Assembly: GCA_949287245.1 (NCBI GenBank)
Contig: CASEFL010000004.1
Coordinates: 41,499 to 105,498, forward strand
Direction: 5' to 3'
DNA length: 64,000 nt
From: an uncultured Bacillota bacterium
GTDB taxonomy: Bacteria; Bacillota_I; Bacilli_A; RFN20; CAG-826
Positions 11,501 through 20,054 of this stretch are shown in pieces; positions within the stretch are counted from its first letter, which is position 1, and each line of letters opens with the position of its first letter. The notes below the pieces were generated by a model that worked only from the letters and a program-made list of their open reading frames with translations, was not told where the DNA came from and made no database searches. A program made the translations under genes and the position numbers.

Positions 11501-12271
11501 CTCTCCGGGTTTTAATTTTTGGAAAATAACCGCAAGTGCGTCTTGTTGACTCATCGCAGAATGGTTGCTTGTAGGAACCATCGTGTTATTTTTTCGAATC
11601 GTATCCGCTAAGGAATCCGATTCTCCAAATAAATTCATTAAATCCTCTTCTTTTGTTAATCCTAAAGCATTAAAGAGGATAACCGCAGGGAGTTTCTTTT
11701 GACGATCAATTCTTACCCACATTAAACCGTGGAGATCGCTTTCAAATTGGAGCCATGTACCCCGGGAAGGGATAATTTCTCCCGCATATAAATGAACTCC
11801 GCTCTTATCCAAATTATCTTGGAAATAGGCACCGGGAGAACGACCAATTTGGCTGACAATAACCCGTTCAGCACCATTGACAATAAAGGTTCCAGAATCC
11901 GTCATCATGGGGATATCTCCCATAAAGACTTCACTTTCAGTAATTTCTCCGGTTGCTTTAATATGTAACCCTAAACGGCATTTTAATTTTGCACTATAGG
12001 TTAAATCTCCTTCTTTGCATTCAAGAGGAGAATATTCAGGTTTTTCAAAACGGAATGATTCATAAATAATTTCTGCTGTATTGCTGTAGTTGGCAATCGG
12101 GAAACATTCGCGAAAAACCTCATCTAAACCTCGTTCTAAAAACTCACGAAAACTCTTTGTTTGAACTTCAACGAGGTTGGGTAAAGGAGTAGTTCCGCTA
12201 ATCTTCGAAAAGTCAACCCGACCATTTTGAAGAACACGGTAATTTTTATACGTAACTTCTTTTTGGCTCAT
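8501..12271 (-). CDS. rpoB: RNA polymerase beta subunit
   Basis: [38 protein letters not shown]. Confidence 0.99.
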   Translation of the reverse strand: MSQKEVTYKNYRVLQNGRVDFSKISGTTPLPNLVEVQTKSFREFLERGLDEVFRECFPIANYSNTAEIIYESFRFEKPEYSPLECKEGDLTYSAKLKCRLGLHIKATGEITESEVFMGDIPMMTDSGTFIVNGAERVIVSQIGRSPGAYFQDNLDKSGVHLYAGEIIPSRGTWLQFESDLHGLMWVRIDRQKKLPAVILFNALGLTKEEDLMNLFGESDSLADTIRKNNTMVPTSNHSAMSQQDALAVIFQKLKPGEPVTSAGSRNFIIQKFFDDKRYDLGKAGRFKYTQKLGIYSRLKGRILAEPLVSKDGEVFVSKAGVPFVEGYQLSESDVDELRDAQFFEQGAHLIHLETDNEIDNHSDVTLVRVHAFDKADGAIVPLVGTDINLNGIYTNEIPVARVTISDMVACFSYFNNLQFGIGDTDDIDHLGNRRVRCVGELLQTQFRIGLTKMSKTVQQKMSIMPDLHEVKPNALINTRQLTKAVRDFFASSQLSQFMDQTNPLAELANKRRISALGPGGLTRDRASMEVRDVHYTHYGRICPIETPEGQNIGLISNLATYAKINAHGFIETPYRIVFHKKDENGVEHYYVSDKATYLSADAERGHYIAEANISLGAPVTIDFEGEGPLEVKEIISDEVVARHDEDNVVIPASLVEYVDVSPKQIVSIATACIPFLENDDCHRALMGANMQRQALPLLRPALSYVGTGLEGVIAKDSGLAVCAYKGGVVIYRDSSTIIVREEDGNERVYKLQKFDRSNNGTCINQNPIVKEGDVVKEGQVIADGPAMKNGELALGQNVLVAYMTWNGYNYEDAVIMSERMVKDDIYTSIHIEAHDIDCRETKLGTEQITRDIPNVGEESKTYLDESGIIIPGAEVKEGDILVGKVTPKGQSDPSPEEKLLMAIFNEKTRDMKDSSLRVPHGGAGIVLKVKVYTREHKDPLPPGVVMKVRVYIVQKRKISEGDKMSGRHGNKGVISRILPVEDMPYLPDGTPIDVMLSPMGVPSRMNIGQILEVHLGLACHKLGMRVATPVFDGVSNEELFEIMEKAGLSSDGKAVLYDGRTGDRYDERISVGIMYMIKLVHMVDDKLHARATGPYSLVTQQPLGGKAQNGGQRFGEMEVWALEAYGAAHTLQEMLTIKSDDRIGRRKAYEAIIKGNEIPSAGMPEAFKVFVKELKGLGLDVHLYDDVRANESRSEINTDTLAKEAMIEERRVNNSMRNFGPRSQEDEHALAAIQEAAIADALEEESLSLKDKLDEE

Positions 12272-12874
12272 TTAGGCTCCTTTAATAGCATCGATGATAC
12301 AGTATCCTTTTTTCTTCACCAAAATCGTCGCATCAGAATATATTGATTTTAAATAGGATAAGGCGCTAAAGGCACCTTGCTGCTTACGTATCACAAGATA
12401 AAGATGACCATGAGGAAGTAAATGCTCATAAGCCTCTTTATATATACGGTAAGTCACTTCTTTTCCTGCACGAATAGGTGGATTAGATACAATCGTATCA
12501 AAATGGGCGGTTATGGCGAGAAACGCATCACTTTCGACAATTCTTACGCGAGAAGCAATGTTAAGGGCTTCCGCATTTCTTTTCGCGCAAAGGAGGGCTC
12601 GCTTATTCACATCAGATAAGGTAACTTGATAAGAAGAGTCCTGGGCGGCAAGCAACAATCCAATCGTGCCTATGCCGCAACCAATGTCGAGAATCTTTTC
12701 TCCTAAAGATAAAGGGGCAAGCGTTTCAAGTAACAGCTTTGTCCCATAATCAAGGTTATTTTTTGAAAAGACTCCATTATCGCTATATAGGCGCCATTCG
12801 CGAGCAAATAAAGTGAATTCAACAACATAATCTTTATGCGCCAAATTCGGATCATTTTCGTAATAATGGCTCAT
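12272..12874 (-). CDS. Class I SAM-dependent methyltransferase, RsmC/YbxB family (preferred start 12874)
   Basis: ILDIGCGIG motif I, SNPPIRAGK; occupies the ybxB position between rplL and rpoB as in Bacillus. Confidence 0.9.
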   Translation of the reverse strand: MSHYYENDPNLAHKDYVVEFTLFAREWRLYSDNGVFSKNNLDYGTKLLLETLAPLSLGEKILDIGCGIGTIGLLLAAQDSSYQVTLSDVNKRALLCAKRNAEALNIASRVRIVESDAFLAITAHFDTIVSNPPIRAGKEVTYRIYKEAYEHLLPHGHLYLVIRKQQGAFSALSYLKSIYSDATILVKKKGYCIIDAIKGA

Positions 12875-12896
12875 TTTATTCCCCCATATAAGCGAC

Positions 12897-12936
12897 AAAA
12901 TCCCCGCTTTAGGAGGATGGTCGTCCTAAAACGGGG
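12897..12936 (-). terminator. Probable terminator after rplL
   Basis: Minus strand CCCCGTTTTAGGA...TCCTAAAGCGGGG, then ATTTT. Confidence 0.6.
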
Positions 12937-12955
12937 CATCAAAAACAAGAGAAAA

Positions 12956-13342
12956 CTACTTGATTTCGACTTCAGCACCAGTGTCGGTAAGAGTCTTCTT
13001 GTGAGCTTCTGCTTCCACAGGAGAAATCTTTTCCTTCACAGCAACTGGGGCGCCGTCAACAAGTTTCTTGGCGTCCATAAGTCCAAGACCAGTGATGGCT
13101 TGAACGGCTTTGATGACGGCCACTTTGGAGCCAGTCCCAATGCCTTTTAAGATTAAGCTGACCTCGGTTGGTCCCTTTTGTGCAGGGCCTTCTTCCTCAG
13201 CAGGAGCAGCAGCAGCGGCCACAGGAGCAGCAGCAGTGACTCCGAATTTCTCACAAACCGCATCCACTAAAGCCTTGAGTTCAAGGGCAGTCATTTGCGA
13301 GAGGGTATCAAGAATTTGTTCATTAGTAAGCTTTTCAGCCAT
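12956..13342 (-). CDS. rplL: 50S ribosomal protein L7/L12
   Basis: Ala-rich hinge; KVAVIKAV...GLGLMDAKKLVDGAP...GAEVEIK. Confidence 0.98.
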   Translation of the reverse strand: MAEKLTNEQILDTLSQMTALELKALVDAVCEKFGVTAAAPVAAAAAPAEEEGPAQKGPTEVSLILKGIGTGSKVAVIKAVQAITGLGLMDAKKLVDGAPVAVKEKISPVEAEAHKKTLTDTGAEVEIK

Positions 13343-13359
13343 TTTCGTTTTCCTCCTAA

Positions 13360-13860
13360 CTAGACAGCTGCGGGCTCATCTTTTGTAGCCACAGCATCAA
13401 GGGCACGGGCAAACCCGGCCATCGGTTCATTAAGAACCATGCAGAACATGGAGAGCAAGGCTTCTTTGGTGGGAAGTTTTGCTACAGCTTTTAATCCGTC
13501 CGCATCCACAACTTGTCCTTCCACAAGTCCACCTTTTAAGACAAGGTGTTCGTGAATACGACTGAATTTATAAAGGACAGACGCGCCCGCGGGAGCATCT
13601 TTGGCAAAGACAAAGGCATTAGGACCTTCTAAGACTTCCCCTAAATCAGCGAGGTTATCTTCTTTTAAGGCACGACGCACCATGGTGTTTTTATACACTT
13701 TCATGTGAGCGCCTTTGTCTGCTAATTTACGCCGTAATTCCATAAGCTCGGCAACGGTTAAGCCATGATAGCCAATAACAGCAAATCCGGCGGAATCTTT
13801 AATGCCAGTCTTAATTTCTTCTACAGCGTTTTTCTTAGCCGTAAGTACTTTCTCGTTCAT
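13360..13860 (-). CDS. rplJ: 50S ribosomal protein L10
   Basis: YHGLTVAELMELRRKL...VYKNTMVRRA; between rplA and rplL. Confidence 0.97.
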   Translation of the reverse strand: MNEKVLTAKKNAVEEIKTGIKDSAGFAVIGYHGLTVAELMELRRKLADKGAHMKVYKNTMVRRALKEDNLADLGEVLEGPNAFVFAKDAPAGASVLYKFSRIHEHLVLKGGLVEGQVVDADGLKAVAKLPTKEALLSMFCMVLNEPMAGFARALDAVATKDEPAAV

Positions 13861-13899
13861 GCTCTACCTCCTTTCTTTTTGTCGATATATTTGCGACGC

Positions 13900-13990
13900 T
13901 ACGACAACCAGATGGGAATGCGTATGCTCGTCCTCGACAAGGTGCAATTTTTAAGACACTTTCGTCCCTTGTTTTCTCAGGTCGCGCGGC
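13900..13990 (-). promoter_or_regulatory. L10 leader (autoregulatory mRNA element)
   Basis: Minus strand GAGAAAACAAGG-GACGAAAGTG-TCTTAA...CCTTGTCGAGG fits the L10-leader layout (paired CAAGG/CCTTG, GAAA loop, TTAA, CGAGG); lies between rplA and rplJ. Confidence 0.7.
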
Positions 13991-14019
13991 GGTTCGCTCA
14001 AGAAATGAAGTTCCCCTCT

Positions 14020-14709
14020 TTAATTACGAGAAGGGAAGGTGACCTTGAGTCCAGGACCCATGGTCGTATGAATCACCACATTGGTGATGAAGTTTCCTTT
14101 CACGGAAGATGGACGACTCTTGGCAATAGCCTCAGCAACAGCATTGAGGTTATCTAAGATATCGCTATCCGAGAAAGAACAACGAGCGACAGAAATATTT
14201 AAATTCCCATCACGGTCAACACGGTAGGAAATCTTACCGCGTTTAATTTCGCTAACCGCTTTTCCAATTTCCATGGTAACGGTTCCTGATCTGGGGTTTG
14301 GCATTAAGCCTTTTGGACCAAGTAAGCGGCCCATTTTTCCCAGTTCGCCCATCATATCAGGGGTAGCAACGATGACATCAAAGTCAAACCAGTTTTCGCG
14401 TTGAATCTTATCAAGCATTTCTTTGCCACCGACATATTCCGCGCCAGCTTCTTTTGCTTCCTCTTGTTTTGTATTGGTAACAACAAGAACGCGTTTCACT
14501 TTGCCGTTTCCGTGAGGAAGAACTAAGGTTCCCCGAATTAATTGATCCGCAAGCGTTGGATTAACATTTAAACGGAAACTGATGTCGATAGTAGAATCAA
14601 ACTTCGTCGTAGAAGTTTTCTTTAAAAGTGGGATTGCCTCTTCAAAGGTATAAACCTTCTTGGGATCAAAAACTGCTAAGGCAGCAACATATTTCTTACC
14701 GCGCTTCAT
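14020..14709 (-). CDS. rplA: 50S ribosomal protein L1 (preferred start 14709)
   Basis: MKRGKKY...KFDSTID...LPHGNGK...GLMPNP...TTMGPG. Confidence 0.98.
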   Translation of the reverse strand: MKRGKKYVAALAVFDPKKVYTFEEAIPLLKKTSTTKFDSTIDISFRLNVNPTLADQLIRGTLVLPHGNGKVKRVLVVTNTKQEEAKEAGAEYVGGKEMLDKIQRENWFDFDVIVATPDMMGELGKMGRLLGPKGLMPNPRSGTVTMEIGKAVSEIKRGKISYRVDRDGNLNISVARCSFSDSDILDNLNAVAEAIAKSRPSSVKGNFITNVVIHTTMGPGLKVTFPSRN

Positions 14710-14710
14710 A

Positions 14711-15121
14711 TTAACGATCCACCGCAATACCCATTTGGCGTGCGGAGCCCTCCACAATACGTTTGGCCGCTTCAATATCGGTCGTGTTGAGATCAGGAAG
14801 TTTATAAGAGGCGATTTCTTCTAATTGCTTCTCTGAAATATGTCCAACAATTTTCTTTGGATTACCAGAACCTTTCTTAATTCCAGCAGCCTTTAATAGA
14901 AGACCAGCAACAGGACTTGTTTTGATAACAAAGTCGAAGGACTTATCTTCATAAGCAGTGATGATGACAGGGACAATTTCCCCTTTACGGTCAGCAGTCT
15001 TGGCGTTGAAGTCCGTACAGAACTTATTCATGACAACACCAGCACTGGCAAGTTTTGGTCCAGGACGTGCTTCCCCTCCGGGAAGTTCCATCTTGACGAC
15101 CTTGGTGATTTTTTTAGCCAT
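14711..15121 (-). CDS. rplK: 50S ribosomal protein L11 (preferred start 15121)
   Basis: AAGGAGG RBS; FCTDFNAKT...YEDKSFDF...DLNTTDIEAA...GSARQMGI. Confidence 0.97.
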   Translation of the reverse strand: MAKKITKVVKMELPGGEARPGPKLASAGVVMNKFCTDFNAKTADRKGEIVPVIITAYEDKSFDFVIKTSPVAGLLLKAAGIKKGSGNPKKIVGHISEKQLEEIASYKLPDLNTTDIEAAKRIVEGSARQMGIAVDR

Positions 15122-15148
15122 AGGTTCCTCCTTTTGGAAATAAATGGT

Positions 15149-15185
15149 GGTGGTTAATAAGCCATATCGCCTTGGCTCGTCCACC
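15149..15185 (-). promoter_or_regulatory. Putative L1-binding leader of rplK-rplA
   Basis: GGTGG-ACG-AGCCA-loop-TGGCT-TATTAA-CCACC: two stems with an asymmetric internal loop just before the rplK RBS. Confidence 0.55.
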
Positions 15186-15212
15186 TTCGAAGTGCACTTG
15201 CGTGCGAGCGTA

Positions 15213-15240
15213 AATATACGCGCGTAAAAACAAAAAACAA
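15213..15240 (-). promoter_or_regulatory. Putative rplK promoter
   Basis: TTGTTT-N16-TATATT. Confidence 0.4.
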
Positions 15241-15306
15241 CTAGAAAATTTTCTTTGAATAAATATCCGAAAAAATAACTGATATTTGCATTTGATAGCC
15301 AAAGAA

Positions 15307-15362
15307 AAAATCCTCACAAAAAGGTGATGAAATATAAATATCAACAATTTTATGAGGGTTTT
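15307..15362 (-). terminator. Long imperfect hairpin after the P1B ATPase gene; probable terminator
   Basis: Minus strand AAAACCCTCATAAAA...TTTTGTGAGGATTTT, followed by further T residues. Confidence 0.4.
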
Positions 15363-15370
15363 GCAGAGTT

Positions 15371-17515
15371 TTAATTTTTATAAACTTTTTTTCCAAAAGT
15401 TAGAGGAATTAGAGAGAAAAGAATCGTGATAATCGTTAATCCAGTATCACCAAAGACTGCCGCCCATAAAGGGAAGGAAGGACCGATGATCAAAGAACTA
15501 ATAAGAATGACAATTTTTAAAAGAAGCGCAAATGCCAAAATAAAATAAGCAAGAGCTTTCGTCTTTTTTGCAATTTTAATCGCATCAACAATATAGGAAG
15601 GGTCGTCATTCATCAAAAGAACATCGGCAGAGTTCATGGCTAAACCTGATCCTAACGCCCCCATAGCAATCCCACAGTCTGCTAAAGCCAAAGAAGCAGC
15701 ATCATTAATTCCGTCTCCTACATAAACGATGCTCTTCCCTTTTCTTATTAAGCCTTTTTCTTCACGAATTTTTTCTGTTTTCTCTTCTGGTAATAAAGAA
15801 TAGTAAATTCGATCAATACCTAATTCTTGTTGAGCTTTTTTTGCGGAAACTTCGTTATCTCCAGTTAATAAACAAGTGGAAATATGTTCCCTTTTTAGAT
15901 AAGCAAATAACTCTTTGCTCCCCTTTTTATAAGAATCAGTTAATAAAACAAAGCCATAGTACTTCTTTTGATAAGCAACGTGAATGACCGTTCCTTTTAC
16001 CTCATGAATTTGTCTTATCCCTTCACTTTCTAAAAAAGACTTAGTGCCAATAAGTAGACTTTCATTTCGATAGATGGCCTTTATTCCTTTCCCAGGAATT
16101 TCTTCATAAGAAGAAAGATACTCTTCTTCTTCCGACATATAGTAAGGCTTAAAAGGATAGGCAATAGGATGGTTAGAACGAGATTCCCCAAGGGCAATTA
16201 ACGATAAGAATTCATTCGGAGTGAAGTAAATTGAAAAGACGTCCGCAATGGAAAACTTTCCTTCCGTTAAGGTTCCTGTTTTATCGGTGAGAAGACTTTC
16301 TACGGAAGATAATACATCAACATATTCCGTGCCCTTTAAAAGTAATCCGTGTCTCCCCATCGCCCCAATTCCTGAGAAATAACAAAGGGGGATGGAAAGA
16401 ACAATGGCACAAGGACAAGAAATAACAAGCATCGATAAAGCAACACTAATCCATTTAGTCCATACCTCTTGATCTTGATAACCCGTAATTAAGGGAGGAA
16501 GAATGGCAAAGACAATAGCAAGCCCCATAACAAGAGGCGTGTACCAACGAGCAAAACGGGAAATCATTTTTTCTGTTCTCCCCTTTTCCTTTGTCGCCCC
16601 TTCAACAAGAGATAAAAGTTGACTTGCTGTAGAATCTTGATAGTCCTTTGTGGCCTCAACAACTAAGTTTCCCGACTTTAAAACATTAGAAGAGAAAACT
16701 TCATCACCAACTTTAGCATACCTTGGGGCAAATTCCCCTGTTAAAGAACTACAATCAATCTCGCCTTCCCCTTCTATTATTTTTCCATCACTAGAAATGC
16801 TTTCCCCTAATTTAATAAGCAAAATGTCCCCTTTTTTTATTGAGGAAGCAGGAACATCTAAGATTTCATTTCCCGCTTTTTTATGGGCAATTTCCTTTTT
16901 CATAGACAAGGTGTCTAAAATAGCTTGATGGGATTTCCTTGTAGCAAAATCGGTAAAGATTTCTCCAACTTGATAAAAAACGACAACCAAAACCGCATCA
17001 AAACAGGAATCAAAGTTTTGATTAAAAATAGGTAATAGAAAAGCGCCTAAGGAAGCTATACTCATCAACAAGGATTCGCTAAAAATATCTTCCCTTGTCA
17101 CAATTCCTTTGATGGCATGATAAATAAGATCATAACCAGAAATAATCCAAGCAAAAATGGTTAAAGCAAGATATGGCCAGATTCCAAATTCTTCAACAGG
17201 AAATAGGAAAAGAGCAAGGAAAGCAGCAAGTAAAGAAATAAGAATACGCCCTATCTTAAAAATAAGTTTTTGATATTCATCATGTTTCTTTTCCTTATCC
17301 ACAAAAGAAGAAAGGGTAATTCCTTCTTCAATTTTATTCATTTCATCCTCAATTTCTTCTTTTGTTAAAGAAGTAATTACATACAACTTAGAAGCAAGAT
17401 AGTCGACATTCACAGATTCAATATCTTTGCATTTCTTCAGTTTTTCTTCTAGATTTAGAGCACATGAAGCGCAATCTAATCCTGAGATTTGATAAACTTT
17501 TTCACTATGTGCCAT
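15371..17515 (-). CDS. Heavy-metal P1B-type ATPase (CadA/ZntA-like Zn/Cd/Pb exporter)
   Basis: N-terminal HMA GLDCASC, TGE, SCPC, DKTGT, TGDN, GDGINDA. Confidence 0.95.
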   Translation of the reverse strand: MAHSEKVYQISGLDCASCALNLEEKLKKCKDIESVNVDYLASKLYVITSLTKEEIEDEMNKIEEGITLSSFVDKEKKHDEYQKLIFKIGRILISLLAAFLALFLFPVEEFGIWPYLALTIFAWIISGYDLIYHAIKGIVTREDIFSESLLMSIASLGAFLLPIFNQNFDSCFDAVLVVVFYQVGEIFTDFATRKSHQAILDTLSMKKEIAHKKAGNEILDVPASSIKKGDILLIKLGESISSDGKIIEGEGEIDCSSLTGEFAPRYAKVGDEVFSSNVLKSGNLVVEATKDYQDSTASQLLSLVEGATKEKGRTEKMISRFARWYTPLVMGLAIVFAILPPLITGYQDQEVWTKWISVALSMLVISCPCAIVLSIPLCYFSGIGAMGRHGLLLKGTEYVDVLSSVESLLTDKTGTLTEGKFSIADVFSIYFTPNEFLSLIALGESRSNHPIAYPFKPYYMSEEEEYLSSYEEIPGKGIKAIYRNESLLIGTKSFLESEGIRQIHEVKGTVIHVAYQKKYYGFVLLTDSYKKGSKELFAYLKREHISTCLLTGDNEVSAKKAQQELGIDRIYYSLLPEEKTEKIREEKGLIRKGKSIVYVGDGINDAASLALADCGIAMGALGSGLAMNSADVLLMNDDPSYIVDAIKIAKKTKALAYFILAFALLLKIVILISSLIIGPSFPLWAAVFGDTGLTIITILFSLIPLTFGKKVYKN

Positions 17516-17516
17516 A

Positions 17517-17810
17517 TTATTCCTTCACGTGGGCCTCTACTATTTTTAAAAGACTTGTAACGTGATCATCCGCTAGAAGATAAAAAACTTTTCTTCCCTC
17601 TCTCCTAACACGCACTAGTTTGGCCTTTTTTAAAACTTTTAATTGATGAGAGATTAAAGATTGGCTTGCCCCGATCTCCTTCACAATCTCTCCCACATTT
17701 TTTTCCTCGCCAGAAATGGCATAAAGAATTTTTAAGCGTGTGGAATCAGAAGCGATATTCAGAAGATGCTCCATGGAATCAATGATGTTATCGGCAGGAA
17801 TGTTTGACAT
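17517..17810 (-). CDS. ArsR/SmtB-family metal-sensing repressor, alpha5 (CzrA-like) type
   Basis: SQSLISHQLKVL HTH; C-terminal DDHVTSLLKIVEAHVKE matches DxH-x10-H-x2-E exactly. Confidence 0.92.
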   Translation of the reverse strand: MSNIPADNIIDSMEHLLNIASDSTRLKILYAISGEEKNVGEIVKEIGASQSLISHQLKVLKKAKLVRVRREGRKVFYLLADDHVTSLLKIVEAHVKE

Positions 17811-17831
17811 ATGAATCTCCTTTCATGCTTT

Positions 17832-17878
17832 ATCATATGAATGTGTATTCATTTGTCAAGTATGAATATGAATTCATA
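17832..17878 (-). promoter_or_regulatory. Promoter with two CzrA/SmtB-type operators
   Basis: TTGACA(17859-17854)-N16-TATGAT(17837-17832); inverted repeats ATGAA-N6-TTCAT (17837-17852) and TATGAA-N6-TTCATA (17861-17878). Confidence 0.8.
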
Positions 17879-17890
17879 TATGTTAAATAC

Positions 17891-17915
17891 AAAAAAGAGC
17901 TGGTTTCCCAGCCCT
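17891..17915 (-). terminator. Intrinsic terminator after nusG
   Basis: GGGCTGG-GAAA-CCAGCTC-TTTTTT. Confidence 0.85.
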
Positions 17916-17934
17916 AGTGTTTTTCCTTTAATGA

Positions 17935-18528
17935 TTAATCATTTAGGTCAATTTCTGAGAAATCAAGTTCAACAGGTGTTACCCGACCAAAGAATACCGT
18001 ATTGACCATAACGGTATGTTTTTCCTCATCAATGGCAGTAATTTCGCCAGATGTTCCCTCTAAGGGCCCAGAAATGACTTTTACATTCGCGCCAACTTTA
18101 TAACGGGCATACATTTCAGGATCGAAGATACCCATTCTCTTAAGGACAGGTTCCATTTGTTCTTTGGCAACAGGGGTAGGTAAGGTTCCCCCACCAGAAG
18201 AACCGGCAATACCCGTAACGCCCGGAGTATTTCGGACAACAAACCATGCTTCACGGGTCATCTTCATTTCAATGAATAAATAACCAGGGAATAAATTGAT
18301 TTTTTTGGTTTTCCCTGTCGCAATTCCGTCTTTTAAAACAGGCACTTCTTGTTCACAAATTAAGATCTGTTTAATTAAATCTTCCATGCCATAACTTTTT
18401 CTTCTTTTTACCAAGTTATCCATGGTTTTTGTTTCATGTTGTGCATAGGTGGTAACAATATACCAACCATATTCCATGCCTAATTTCTTCTCTTCTTCGC
18501 TAAGAGTATCGACATCATTTTCTGCCAT
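17935..18528 (-). CDS. nusG: Transcription factor NusG (preferred start 18528, TAATG overlap with secE)
   Basis: WYIVTTY...LFPGYLFIEM...VRNTPGVTG; KOW motif VKVISGPLEG...VFFGRVTPVELDF. Confidence 0.96.
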   Translation of the reverse strand: MAENDVDTLSEEEKKLGMEYGWYIVTTYAQHETKTMDNLVKRRKSYGMEDLIKQILICEQEVPVLKDGIATGKTKKINLFPGYLFIEMKMTREAWFVVRNTPGVTGIAGSSGGGTLPTPVAKEQMEPVLKRMGIFDPEMYARYKVGANVKVISGPLEGTSGEITAIDEEKHTVMVNTVFFGRVTPVELDFSEIDLND

Positions 18529-18728
18529 TACTGTAATCCTCCAAAGGCGTCCTTTAATTGTTGAATTAAGGAGGCTCCTGCTAAATCTTCTAAAGCTAAA
18601 CAAATTGCAACAAATAAGGCAATTACAATGACGACAAGAATCGTCGCCCAAAGCTTATCGCGGCTTGGCCAACGAATCCGCTTTCCTTCTTTAACAACTT
18701 CTTTTAAATATTTTACCGGTGGTGTCAT
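18528..18728 (-). CDS. secE: Preprotein translocase SecE
   Basis: YLKEVVKEGKRIRWPSR plus one TM segment; rpmG-secE-nusG synteny. Confidence 0.9.
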   Translation of the reverse strand: MTPPVKYLKEVVKEGKRIRWPSRDKLWATILVVIVIALFVAICLALEDLAGASLIQQLKDAFGGLQ

Positions 18729-18754
18729 ACGCTTTAGTATACTCCTCCTTTTTT

Positions 18755-18904
18755 CTATTTGCTCTCCTTATGGAGAGTATGTTTATTGCAACGAGGACAA
18801 AACTTTTTAATTTCGAGTCGTTCCGTCGCATCTTTCCTTCTGGTAACGGTATAGTTTCGTGATAGGCACTCTTCGCAAATTAAAAATCTTTTTTCTCTTA
18901 CCAT
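18755..18904 (-). CDS. rpmG: 50S ribosomal protein L33, Zn-ribbon (C+) type; absent from ORF track
   Basis: Manual translation: [49 protein letters not shown]. Confidence 0.96.
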   Translation of the reverse strand: MVREKRFLICEECLSRNYTVTRRKDATERLEIKKFCPRCNKHTLHKESK

Positions 18905-18926
18905 GTTATCCTCATTTCGCGGCGCT

Positions 18927-18955
18927 ATTATCCTAAGATAAAGTCAAAAACTCAA
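18927..18955 (-). promoter_or_regulatory. Putative rpmG-secE-nusG promoter
   Basis: TTGAGT-N17-GATAAT. Confidence 0.45.
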
Positions 18956-18962
18956 TACTTTT

Positions 18963-20054
18963 TTATATGGCCTCATATTGAGCATATAAAGTTAAGTTAT
19001 CCATAACAGGAGTAAGGGAGGTAAAGTGGCCGGAATTGGGGGTTAGAATTTGATCGGTCCACCAACCTGCAAAAGTAAATCCCTCCTTTTTACAAAGAGG
19101 AAGGCTATAGGAAGGGATTGTGTGACCTTCTTCTACACGAATCGAGGTTGGATCCGAGGAATTCACAAATTCCCCACCATTTGCGTTAAATGTCACAATG
19201 TAAGTATTTGTAGGAGCAACAACCGAGTCCCCTTCTAAACGCATTTGTAATACCCAAGCACCCTCTTCTTTCACAAAAATTGTTCCTTCTGAGGTATTAA
19301 AATAAAAGTCTCCGTCATTTCCTTGATTGCCTCGAGGATCTCCATTTCCATAAAGCCATTTTGTTGCTTGAGGTTTAGGGAAAGAAACTTCATTCATAAA
19401 TCCTGAAGTGTACGTAATAACAAAACGGTAAGAATCTCCATCATCTTCAAGCGTAATAAAGGCAATTCCATCACCTCTTAAATCCGAAAGAGGAATTTGG
19501 ATAAGAGAAGGTTCCCTATCTGGATCATCATAAGTAATTTGTAAAACTAAATAGTCTTGATTGTCGTATTGAACCCTTTCAATCGAGGCAATACTTGTTC
19601 CTTTTTCACCTTTAGGAATCGAAATCCGAACAGGTTCACGGTCATCCGTAAAATGGAAAACAAGAATAGTCGCACCATCTTCGCCTGCTTCCACGCCAAT
19701 CGATTCAATTCCTACTCCATCAATTCCTTGAACAATAGGAACTTCCATAACATAGGGAGGACGATTATCTGTATAAGTAATGGTAATCGTTAGTTTTGAA
19801 GTTTCTTCATCAAAACTTGATTCGATATTGGCAATCCCAGTTCCATCTTCTCCTTCTGGCAAAGTAAAAGAAAAAGGCGGTTCATCTTCGGAATCAAAAG
19901 TAATGGTAATTACCGTCTCTCCTTCTTCGTTCACACTAGAAGTAATTCCTTCAATTAAGAACCCGCTATCTCCTGTGGCAAAAAAGGTTCCGCATGAACT
20001 TAAACCGAGTAAGCCAATAACGCTTAGTAAGAATGACGCCCACATTTTCTTCAT
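18963..20054 (-). CDS. Lipoprotein with five ~40-aa repeats and a C-terminal InlB B-repeat-like domain
   Basis: Lipobox LSSC; repeats containing GEDGTGI, GIDGVGI, GEKGTSI, RGDGI; C-terminal VTFNANGG...KEGFTFAGWW...LTLYAQY. Confidence 0.8.
   Translation of the reverse strand: MKKMWASFLLSVIGLLGLSSCGTFFATGDSGFLIEGITSSVNEEGETVITITFDSEDEPPFSFTLPEGEDGTGIANIESSFDEETSKLTITITYTDNRPPYVMEVPIVQGIDGVGIESIGVEAGEDGATILVFHFTDDREPVRISIPKGEKGTSIASIERVQYDNQDYLVLQITYDDPDREPSLIQIPLSDLRGDGIAFITLEDDGDSYRFVITYTSGFMNEVSFPKPQATKWLYGNGDPRGNQGNDGDFYFNTSEGTIFVKEEGAWVLQMRLEGDSVVAPTNTYIVTFNANGGEFVNSSDPTSIRVEEGHTIPSYSLPLCKKEGFTFAGWWTDQILTPNSGHFTSLTPVMDNLTLYAQYEAI

Noticed and set aside
14710-14775. Longer track starts for rplA, rplK, nusG, rplF, rpsH, rpsM, hydC and the ABC ATPase
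   Set aside because: They overlap upstream genes, and better RBS-supported starts lie downstream. The L5, L22 and S5 extensions, by contrast, have their own RBS.
19440-19900. True collagen domain in the repeat lipoprotein
   Set aside because: Only 1-2 Gly-X-Y triplets per repeat, too short for a triple helix.
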